DNA from: an uncultured virus (IMG/VR IMGVR_UViG_3300037400_006954)
Taxonomy: Duplodnaviria; Heunggongvirae; Uroviricota; Caudoviricetes
Strand: one strand, 5' to 3'
Virus record (IMG/VR): IMGVR_UViG_3300037400_006954
DNA length: 64,000 nt
Shown: positions 56,495 to 64,000 of the stretch, piece by piece
How positions within the stretch are numbered: position 1 is the stretch's first letter
How the letters are laid out: every line of letters begins with the position of its first letter
Position numbers and translations under genes: made by a program
Notes under the pieces: model-generated
Told to the model about the DNA's origin: nothing
Seen by the model: the letters and a program-made list of their open reading frames with translations, nothing else
Databases searched by the model: none

Positions 56495-56607
56495 GGCATC
56501 TCCGGTTTGTCGGTTGAAGATACAGCCGTCAGGTATGCGTGGAGAATCCTAGTCATCCACCTAGTCTACTATTTCCGTCTTTTCAATACAACAGATAAAA
56601 GTCTGTG

Positions 56608-56652
56608 AAAAATGGCCCCTGCGCCTCGGCTTGCGGAGGGCAGGGGCCTTTT
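56608..56652 (-). terminator. Intrinsic terminator (possibly bidirectional)
   Basis: GGCCCCTGC...GCAGGGGCC hairpin flanked by A and T tracts. Confidence 0.65.
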
Positions 56653-56658
56653 GAGCTG

Positions 56659-59331
56659 TCAGTTGAACACGTTCCGGCATCCAATGACCGTGGACCTGTT
56701 GAGATACCAGTTCCTGTCAGGCGACCTGAACGGCATCCCGCACATGGCCACGGTCTGCTTGAACAACGGACCCGAATCGCCGCTTACGCTGCTTATGGTC
56801 CTGATGTCCTCCATGCCGTGGTAGTCGGACGAACCGTTCGTCAGGTACCTGTTTATGATCTTGTCCGCGATATTCACGCTAGGCCATTCCTTGGCCGTGA
56901 CGCACAGCTCGTTGTCGCGGAACCCGGAGAACGTCTTCTCCTTCACGAACGCAGTCATGAGCGGGAATCCGCAGCGCATCCTGAACACGAGTCTCGAGTA
57001 CAGGGCGAGGTCTCCCGACATGTCTATGATGAACACAAGGCGCCCGAAGCTGTCCTGTCTCGTCGTCACGGACAGGCCTTCGTATCCGGCCTCGTACACT
57101 CCGCTAGGGAGCTTGTAGAAAGCCCGGTCGCCGAACAGATACTTCTTGTACTTCTTCGTGCACTCCACCAGGCTGTCGTGGTGGGCGTAGATCCTGCGGT
57201 CCTCGCACTCGGAGACGGAGCCGTCGTCCAGTATGCACGCCGGCGTGCCGTTGCCGAGCACGATGGTCTGCAGGAACACCGTTCCAACGTCCCTTTCGAG
57301 CGTGGACGCCGCGTTCAGCGCCTTCTCCGCGTCGATGTTGGTCTCGATCAGGAGGAGGTGTCTCCTGCCCGTACCGGGCTTCCTGTGCGCGAAGTTCAGC
57401 TGCTCCATGGTTTTGCCGCCGCTCAGGCGGTTGAGGAACGCCGTGAACTTGGCCTTGTCCTCCTCCGTGTCGCCAAGGGCGCACATGATTCCGCGCGACT
57501 CCCCGAGCGGGTCCGGGAACACCTCTCCGGTGTCCTCCGGCGAGCCGAGCGCGGGCGACAGCTGCGTCACGAGTCCCGAATACACGTTGGTTATCAGGCG
57601 GTCGGTCGGCCTCGACCCGTCGTCCCTTGTCTTGAGGAACTTCGTTATCTCGCTCCTCACGCCGCTTGGGCTGCACGTCTTCCTTATCGCGACGCACATT
57701 CCCTCCATGAACGCCGACAGAGGCGTGTACCTGTCGTACATCGACCTGTCGAACTTCTGCTTCGTGAGGAAGGGGCTCGTCGTGAGCGAGCTTACCTCCG
57801 CCAGGCTCGCCGGGGTGGCCGTGGCGAACATGGTCTTCAGCTTCTTTATGTTCTTGACGAGGTTGTCGTCCTCGTCTTCGTCCGACGTGTTGCGCGAGTA
57901 CACGTGGTAGTTGTTCGGATCGTCGCTGGCATCCTCGTCGAGGTGGGTCATCGCGAACCACTCGAAGCCCATCTCGTTCCTCACGAGATGCTTTTCCGAG
58001 AAGTCCGGAATGTTCTTGTCGTTGACCTGGATCAGCTTTATGGGCTTGCGGCAGGGGCTGATGAACGACTGCGTGTTCGAGAACGAGCAGTCGATGTCCG
58101 GCCCCAGGAAGCAGCCGTACATAGCCATGATCGGCGCATTCTCCGGAGGGCTGCCGTGCTCGGCAAGCCACGTCGTCTCGTATTCGTCCGTGGCCTGCGT
58201 GCATTCGGGCGTAGCGCCCCATACGGAGAGCTTCGAGGACACGCCTATCTTGCACTGGCACGACAGGCCCGCGTCCATGGCGTAGGCGGCGCGGTACACC
58301 TGCAGCACGTAGTCCCAGAACGGCTGGTGGTTGCTGATGCACAGAGCCGGGCTGAGGTTGTCGTCCACGCCGTCGTTGTCGTGGATGAGTTCCGCGTTTC
58401 CGCCTATGAACAGGCCGATCTTGTCGTCCAGCCTGCCCTTGAGAGCCGTGTCCATGTCCCTGAAGTAGTATCCGTGAAGCGGGTTCCCCGATCCGGATAC
58501 GCCCTTGGCGTCCCACAGGAACTTCAGCGGCGCGCTCAGGCATGCGTTCCACACCACGGCGTCGTCCTCGCGCACCAGCCGGAACAGGTCTATGGCCCGC
58601 TCCGTGGTCTTGAACAGCAGCGTGCCTCCACGTGCCGTGTTCATTGGATTCGCCTCAACCGTGCTCACGCCGGGCGCTGTCTTTACGAACAGCTCCAGCA
58701 CGGACAGCGGAAGCGCGTACGGGGCGCCCTCCAGCGGAGTTCCGTCCGGCTTGAAGCGCTTCGAGAGGTACTCCATCGCGGACTTGTACGCCACGTCGAT
58801 GTTCTTCAGCGTCGCGACCCTCTCGTCCGTGAACTTGAGGTTCATGACCTCCTTTGCGATGTGCTGCGTGCGGAGGGCGAGCTTTACGGCCAGCAGGTTC
58901 TTGTTGAGTCCGCCGTCCTTGCCCGGCTTCGCATGCGTCTCGCCCTTGTCGTGCAGGGCCTCTACCAGTTTCTCCGGATACTCGCCATGCGTCAGGGACA
59001 CGTATGCCATGTCCAGGAGCCGTGCGATCTTCGGAACCGCTGACAGCTCCGCCACGACCGTGCCTATGGCGGCGGACTTCGGGGTCCACCTTATCTGGTT
59101 GAACTTCTCGTCGAACGACGAAGCGGCCACGGAGAAGTCCGGGCCTTCCGCCATTCCCATGTCGGCCAGAAGCCTCTTTATGGCGTCTGTCGACTTGCCG
59201 ATGCACGAGTAGTGCGTGACGGGCCGCGTGGGGAGCGAGTACCGCCTTAGGAACGACACCACTTCCACCTTAGACCCGAGGCTGGTCCCCTTGTCGGAGA
59301 GCAGCGTCTTTACAGCTGTTTTCAGTTTCAT
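56659..59331 (-). CDS. Large hypothetical protein (890 aa)
   Basis: Long ORF with typical GC3 codon bias; no motif recognised. Confidence 0.8.
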   Translation of the reverse strand: MKLKTAVKTLLSDKGTSLGSKVEVVSFLRRYSLPTRPVTHYSCIGKSTDAIKRLLADMGMAEGPDFSVAASSFDEKFNQIRWTPKSAAIGTVVAELSAVPKIARLLDMAYVSLTHGEYPEKLVEALHDKGETHAKPGKDGGLNKNLLAVKLALRTQHIAKEVMNLKFTDERVATLKNIDVAYKSAMEYLSKRFKPDGTPLEGAPYALPLSVLELFVKTAPGVSTVEANPMNTARGGTLLFKTTERAIDLFRLVREDDAVVWNACLSAPLKFLWDAKGVSGSGNPLHGYYFRDMDTALKGRLDDKIGLFIGGNAELIHDNDGVDDNLSPALCISNHQPFWDYVLQVYRAAYAMDAGLSCQCKIGVSSKLSVWGATPECTQATDEYETTWLAEHGSPPENAPIMAMYGCFLGPDIDCSFSNTQSFISPCRKPIKLIQVNDKNIPDFSEKHLVRNEMGFEWFAMTHLDEDASDDPNNYHVYSRNTSDEDEDDNLVKNIKKLKTMFATATPASLAEVSSLTTSPFLTKQKFDRSMYDRYTPLSAFMEGMCVAIRKTCSPSGVRSEITKFLKTRDDGSRPTDRLITNVYSGLVTQLSPALGSPEDTGEVFPDPLGESRGIMCALGDTEEDKAKFTAFLNRLSGGKTMEQLNFAHRKPGTGRRHLLLIETNIDAEKALNAASTLERDVGTVFLQTIVLGNGTPACILDDGSVSECEDRRIYAHHDSLVECTKKYKKYLFGDRAFYKLPSGVYEAGYEGLSVTTRQDSFGRLVFIIDMSGDLALYSRLVFRMRCGFPLMTAFVKEKTFSGFRDNELCVTAKEWPSVNIADKIINRYLTNGSSDYHGMEDIRTISSVSGDSGPLFKQTVAMCGMPFRSPDRNWYLNRSTVIGCRNVFN

Positions 59332-59636
59332 TTTACTATCCCCAGTTTCCTCAGGAGTCCGGTTCTCTTTTTCCTGAATATCAGGTCGCTTGAATACGGG
59401 CGACTGTTCCGTGCGTCCTTGTTCCTGGAGGACTCCACGAACTCCAGGTCAGGACGCTCCGCCAGAATGCGCTTTCGCACCCTGGTCTCGCACTCGCCGA
59501 GGTCGTACCCCGGCTTTATCTCGAACATGTGCTCGGGCGTCGCGTACGGGGCTTTCATCCCGTGCGTGGCGGTGGTCTCGCACATGAGGTAGGTCTTGTG
59601 CTTTTCCTCTCTTGTGAACAGGTGAGCTATTATCAT
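59328..59636 (-). CDS. Hypothetical protein (MIIAH-type, similar to 23886-24242)
   Basis: 102-aa ORF with ATGA overlaps at both ends. Confidence 0.65.
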   Translation of the reverse strand: MIIAHLFTREEKHKTYLMCETTATHGMKAPYATPEHMFEIKPGYDLGECETRVRKRILAERPDLEFVESSRNKDARNSRPYSSDLIFRKKRTGLLRKLGIVK

Positions 59637-61336
59637 ACAGCCTCCTTGTCTCCGCCGTCCTTGTTGTCGTTGTTGTCCTTGTCGTCCTTGCCGCCCTGGA
59701 TGTCGATGGTGGTCGAGTCGTCGTCGATGACGACCATGCCGTCATCGTCGGTCTCGAAACCGTCCAGCGGGTTTACGTCGTCGCACGTCGCGACGTTGTC
59801 CAGCGCTCCGGCCGCATCCGTGTCGCCGATCGTCCCGGCTCCGGTGTCCGTGGCGCCATCAGCATCCGTGCTGGCGCCTCCGTCGTCTCCGGTGTCCTTT
59901 GCGGCGGCATACGAGTAGTACTCGCCTACGCAGTCGTTGATGTAGCACAGCAGCATCTGCAGTGCGTCTGCGGAGTCGTCGGGCGAGAGCGTGTCGAACC
60001 CGACCAGGTCCTCGACCATGAACTCGACCATCTCGTCCTCGTCTCTGCTTAGCACGAAGCACTTGGAGACCTTGTCCGTTTCGGTGGTCTTGAAGTCCAT
60101 CTTCAGGTTGAGCAGCCTGGCCAGCGCGTTGACGCGCTTGCACGTCTCCTTTATGCCGAGGTTGACGGCCCATTCCGTGGGCACTACCGCCCTCGGAGCC
60201 TGTTCGTGGCACATGGTGTACTCGTACAGCACGGCCACGTTGCTTGCGAACTTTTCGACGTAATTCGTGACGGCCTTCTCGTCGAATCCCTCGTCCTTGG
60301 ACTTGGCCAGTTCCTCAAACGCCTCGCACAGGCCTGCGGTCGCGACCTCGTCGAAGCACTTCGGAAGGATGCCGCGAATTATCTTCTCGACTTCCTTCTC
60401 CGTCTCCGTTTCCGAGTATATGTATCTCCCCGTGATCGCGTTCTCGAGGACCATATGCGCAAGAGCGAGCTGGCACACGCCTTTAGCACCCGCCAGCTTG
60501 AGTAGCATTTTCCCGTCAAAGTCCGAGAATTTTTGCATTTTTCCATCCTGCTTTGATTTTCTTGATTTTTTGCTTCCGGCTTGCTTTTTCCAGCCTTGTC
60601 CGCTGTAGTATCCTTCGTATCCGGCTCCGTAGAGCTCGCCGTCGTATCCGTCGTAGCCGCCGTACGATCCGCAGTACCCTCCGTATGAGCCGCCACGAAA
60701 CCCGGCGGCACCGGCCGCCCCACCTCCCTTCCAGGAAGTGACAGAGGTGACCTTGTATCCGGAGTTGGATGCGTAGAACGCGACCTCGCCGTTTTCCTTT
60801 CTGTCATATTCGCTCACCCATGTGCCGTACCGTATCACTCGGTTGTCGGGCATGATGAAGCAGAACTTGTTCGAATAACCGCAGAAGTGTTCGACCAGGT
60901 TGTCGAGATCCTCGTGGAACTTCCCGTCCTTGTACGCCTCTTTGCCGAGGCCCCTGTAGTACGGGATGAATATCTTCCTGAAGAAGAACTCGGAATCGGT
61001 CCCTTCCCACTTTACCCTCTTCATCATCGAGTCCAGGTCGGTCAGCGTCATGTTGTGCATGAACAGGATGTTGTCCGATTCCCAGCCGTGGACGTTTTCA
61101 AGGCTCTTGGGCCCCCTCGACGGAATCCTGGCGTGCATGACGAATGCGTCTTCGTCCTTCACCTTTTCGTCGAAGAATCCGATGGCCTCGTTGCTGTCCA
61201 GCGTCCTTATGGTGTCCCGCGTGCCATCAGGCCTCAGGGCCGCCATGAAGAATCCGGCAGAGTTTACCCGCATGGACTCAAGCACCTCTTCGCGCTTGAT
61301 GTGCCGCTTCTTCGCGGCCGTGCAGATTATACACAT
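59633..61336 (-). CDS. Class II (Ntn) glutamine amidotransferase-domain protein with long extension
   Basis: Start MCII (catalytic Cys2), N..G, HARI.S.G....NVH, MHN, TDSE; Gly/Tyr-rich linker and acidic tail. Confidence 0.8.
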   Translation of the reverse strand: MCIICTAAKKRHIKREEVLESMRVNSAGFFMAALRPDGTRDTIRTLDSNEAIGFFDEKVKDEDAFVMHARIPSRGPKSLENVHGWESDNILFMHNMTLTDLDSMMKRVKWEGTDSEFFFRKIFIPYYRGLGKEAYKDGKFHEDLDNLVEHFCGYSNKFCFIMPDNRVIRYGTWVSEYDRKENGEVAFYASNSGYKVTSVTSWKGGGAAGAAGFRGGSYGGYCGSYGGYDGYDGELYGAGYEGYYSGQGWKKQAGSKKSRKSKQDGKMQKFSDFDGKMLLKLAGAKGVCQLALAHMVLENAITGRYIYSETETEKEVEKIIRGILPKCFDEVATAGLCEAFEELAKSKDEGFDEKAVTNYVEKFASNVAVLYEYTMCHEQAPRAVVPTEWAVNLGIKETCKRVNALARLLNLKMDFKTTETDKVSKCFVLSRDEDEMVEFMVEDLVGFDTLSPDDSADALQMLLCYINDCVGEYYSYAAAKDTGDDGGASTDADGATDTGAGTIGDTDAAGALDNVATCDDVNPLDGFETDDDGMVVIDDDSTTIDIQGGKDDKDNNDNKDGGDKEAV

Positions 61337-61350
61337 TGTCAGGTCCTTTC

Positions 61351-62529
61351 TTACTTTGTCGCTATTGCCATTTCGACGAGCTTCTTGAGCGGCATGCTCG
61401 TCGTGTTGTCGTGGACGAACTCGTAGAACGCCTTCTTGGACACGGCGTCCTCCGGGTTCCGGCAGCACTTTCCGGCGTACCTGACGATCAGGGTCATGAG
61501 CTCGACGATCCTGTGGATCGACAGGGCGTGAAGCGTTCCCTTGGCCCGCCTGAACTCGATCGTGTACCTGTGCTCCGTGTTTATCTCGGTTCCGTGCGAC
61601 GTGGTGCCGCACATCGTCAGCTTGCAGTGCGGGGCCGGCTGCGTCGCGTCGCAGACGTGGTCCGTGGCCCACTGCGTGGCGCTGTTCCACGTGTTTACGT
61701 CCTGCCTGATCAGCTTGTCGATGGCCAGGTCGATGAACTCGTACCCGGACATCCCGCCGTCCGCCAGCCTTGCGGTTCCGTCGAACAGGGAGCTCCCGTT
61801 CGGGGTGCTGCAGTACCTGGTCTGCTTCCTGAGGCACACGCGGTCGATGAACGACGCGTCCGCTATCGAGAAGTACACCATCATGATCATCACCTTCGCG
61901 ATGTACATCCTGGCCTGGGTGTTCTTCACCGGGATGTTGTCGCATTCCATGAACTGGTTCAGCCCGACGTGGACATGCAGGCCGGTGCACGGATGGTCGA
62001 ACGACGTGAGCCACGGAGACAGGATGTTCTCCAGCCCCAGCCACGTCTTCGGATCCCTGTACACGCGCGGAGGCAGCGGATCGGTTATCAGCTCGAATCC
62101 GAACTCCCCTCCGTGGTCGCCGTCCAGCGAACCGTCCCTTTCGAAGTGGAACCAGTTCGAGACCAGGTCCTTAGTCATGTTGCTGACGTGCAGGCGTTCG
62201 TACGCGGACGTTATGGTCTCGAGCTCCACGCCTGCGGACGGCCACTGGCCTGCCACGAGGAACCTGTTGTGGGGGACGGTGGAATGGTATCCGGTCTTGC
62301 CCTGGTGGATTGCCTCGTTCATGCTCATCAGCGCCCCGGTGGCAGAGCTGCCGGGGGCCGTTACCTCGGCCAGCCTGGGGTTCCGCCTTATGATCGCCTC
62401 GGTGTCCTCCGTGCTGTGTCCCTTGCCCCTGAGAAGCAGGGGATCTCGTTCGTAGCCGTCTCGTGCGGCCGGGTCTCCCCCCTCTCCTCCCGCGAGGAAC
62501 CTGGGGTCTCCGTATAGGAAAAGTTCCAT
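61351..62529 (-). CDS. Putative amidoligase (COOH-NH2 ligase, Amidoligase_2-like)
   Basis: GVELE, ERDGSL, FELIT.P, TGLHVHVG, TIEFRR. Confidence 0.85.
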   Translation of the reverse strand: MELFLYGDPRFLAGGEGGDPAARDGYERDPLLLRGKGHSTEDTEAIIRRNPRLAEVTAPGSSATGALMSMNEAIHQGKTGYHSTVPHNRFLVAGQWPSAGVELETITSAYERLHVSNMTKDLVSNWFHFERDGSLDGDHGGEFGFELITDPLPPRVYRDPKTWLGLENILSPWLTSFDHPCTGLHVHVGLNQFMECDNIPVKNTQARMYIAKVMIMMVYFSIADASFIDRVCLRKQTRYCSTPNGSSLFDGTARLADGGMSGYEFIDLAIDKLIRQDVNTWNSATQWATDHVCDATQPAPHCKLTMCGTTSHGTEINTEHRYTIEFRRAKGTLHALSIHRIVELMTLIVRYAGKCCRNPEDAVSKKAFYEFVHDNTTSMPLKKLVEMAIATK

Positions 62530-62543
62530 TTGCGTATTCCTTT

Positions 62544-62999
62544 CTAGAATGCGTTTCGTATACCGTTTTCGTCAGTGAAGCTCGCGCTGCCAGAAGTGGC
62601 GCCCGGCCTTCCGTTGTCGGACATGTTGTCTATCTCGTCGGACGTCATCTTGGACGTCTCCACCGACAGTTCCCACCTGGACCTCGACGCCCCGTAGCAC
62701 ACTACCTTGCAGTCGTGCGTCATCGCCGAGTTGATGAACGACAGAAGCATCCCCAGCGAGTCGGTGATGCAGCTGCCGCGCCACCCGCTGAGGGGCACGG
62801 TCTGCCTTACGCTGCCGTCCTTGACGGCGTCGAAGTACACGACGTCTCCGTCGAGCATTCCGGCGATGGCCTGGACTATCCTCTGCTTGTAGTCACCGTA
62901 TTCCCTGAATACGGTGGACATCCTGTGCCCGCGGCCGAGCGGTTTGCCCACCGGGGTGAGGTGGAGCTTCACCACCTCGGAATCCCATTTCACAGTCAT
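62544..62999 (-). CDS. Hypothetical protein
   Basis: ORF from MTVKWD (ATGA overlap). Confidence 0.6.
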   Translation of the reverse strand: MTVKWDSEVVKLHLTPVGKPLGRGHRMSTVFREYGDYKQRIVQAIAGMLDGDVVYFDAVKDGSVRQTVPLSGWRGSCITDSLGMLLSFINSAMTHDCKVVCYGASRSRWELSVETSKMTSDEIDNMSDNGRPGATSGSASFTDENGIRNAF

Positions 63000-64000
63000 A
63001 TGCCTAACTCCTTGAGTTGTTTCTCTATTTCCTTGTTGCTTCCCCGCCTTGCGAGGTATGTCGAAAGCGCAGACGCCTGCTTGATCTTCGACTTGACTTC
63101 GGCGACACCCGCCTTGAGCCCGCCCTCGACGTACTTGACGGCCTCCAGGACCCTGCCGCAGTTCTCTATGTAGTCCTTGAACACCACGGCGAGCACGTTC
63201 GCCGCGACGGTGTCCAGGAACGCCTTCGAGGGCCTGTAGAACTTGGCGCCTCTCCTTGCGTACGCCACCAGGAACTTGCACTGTACCTTCACGTCGTGGT
63301 CGTAGCGCTCGCCGGAGCCGTCGAAGTGCTCCTTCCTGTACGGCTTCATGCTCAGGAACTCCTCGATGGAGACCGCCGGCATGTCCGCATCCAGGTCCAC
63401 GCCGGACACCGTGCACGGCAGGAACCCCGCCAGGTTCCTTGGGCGGCCCGCGTCGCTGGAATGCTCGCTGTTGTAGGCGCTTACGATGCATGCGTTTGCC
63501 GCGAGCCTAGCCGCCATGGGGCTGGACCTGTCGCCGCACCGTACGACCGGCCTGTTGCCGCGTATCACGGGGCCGTTCTCGCCGACGAAGAACATCGAGT
63601 TCTTGATGTTTCCGAACAGCACGTCCACTGCGTTCTTGTGCATGTGCTCCAGGAAGAACATCTGCCCGTACTTGCTCATGTCGTCACCGACCGGAAGCGG
63701 GTAGAACCTGCAGTACCGGACCTTGGGCAGGAGCGGTTCCTCGTCTATCCTGTTCCCCGTAAACTGGAGCAGGCCGGACGACGCGTCGAAGTCGCTCGAC
63801 ATGACGTCGTTCACGAACAGTATCCTGGTGTGCCCCGTGTCCTTAGTCAGCATGTCGCGCACCGTCTCGGGCCTGTTGTCGGCCCTACCCGTGTATCCGC
63901 ACGATATGCCGAGCTTGGACAGGGTGTTCACCGCCAGGTGAAGCCTGTTCGCCCCGCTCGAGACCTCCGAAGGAACGACTATCAGGTCGCCTACCTGAAG
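62996..64000 (-). CDS. Hypothetical protein, partial (probably begins beyond right edge)
   Basis: Frame of the 62996-63931 ORF stays open to the window edge. Confidence 0.6.
   Translation of the reverse strand, partial: LQVGDLIVVPSEVSSGANRLHLAVNTLSKLGISCGYTGRADNRPETVRDMLTKDTGHTRILFVNDVMSSDFDASSGLLQFTGNRIDEEPLLPKVRYCRFYPLPVGDDMSKYGQMFFLEHMHKNAVDVLFGNIKNSMFFVGENGPVIRGNRPVVRCGDRSSPMAARLAANACIVSAYNSEHSSDAGRPRNLAGFLPCTVSGVDLDADMPAVSIEEFLSMKPYRKEHFDGSGERYDHDVKVQCKFLVAYARRGAKFYRPSKAFLDTVAANVLAVVFKDYIENCGRVLEAVKYVEGGLKAGVAEVKSKIKQASALSTYLARRGSNKEIEKQLKELGI

Noticed and set aside
52866..59043. Long plus-strand ORFs (e.g. 52866-54746, 56605-59043; also 40745-42226)
   Set aside because: These are antisense shadows of GC3-biased minus-strand genes, lacking RBS and recognisable motifs.
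59633..62044. 803-aa ORF as listed in the track
   Set aside because: Its N-terminal part overlaps the amidoligase in another frame; the real start is MCII at 61336, as Ntn catalysis requires.

Overview
This window looks like a 64-kb segment of a large, GC-rich lytic dsDNA phage; almost all genes are on the minus strand and no structural genes are recognisable. The right half holds a replication/recombination block: RecA/UvsX-like recombinase, putative ssDNA-binding protein, family-A DNA polymerase with an intein, primase, DnaB-like helicase, SF2 helicase and SbcC/SbcD. It also carries an amidoligase + class-II glutamine amidotransferase pair, LemA, HD, HNH and many small hypothetical genes. 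The left part (~8.3-21 kb) is an RNA-rich island with 27 CCA-encoding tRNAs (no Cys or Trp found), a DRB0094-type RNA ligase, a metallophosphoesterase, a ThyX-like gene, a probable giant (GOLLD-like) ncRNA, other structured RNAs and two malformed tRNA-like genes. The main observation is a family of eight repeats that conserve structure rather than sequence. Six lie in tandem at 20146-20762, between a consensus sigma70 promoter and a 632-aa helical + TerD-like protein gene, and two lie inside the tRNA array. Each is a covarying stem with a GUUCCUA bulge motif closing a variable payload: short loops, circularly permuted tRNA-like domains as in YrlA Y RNAs, or a whole non-permuted cloverleaf. I interpret this as a candidate non-canonical Y-RNA/Ro-like ribonucleoprotein system linked to tRNA repair or decoying. 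All calls were made by eye from motifs; no database searches were run.
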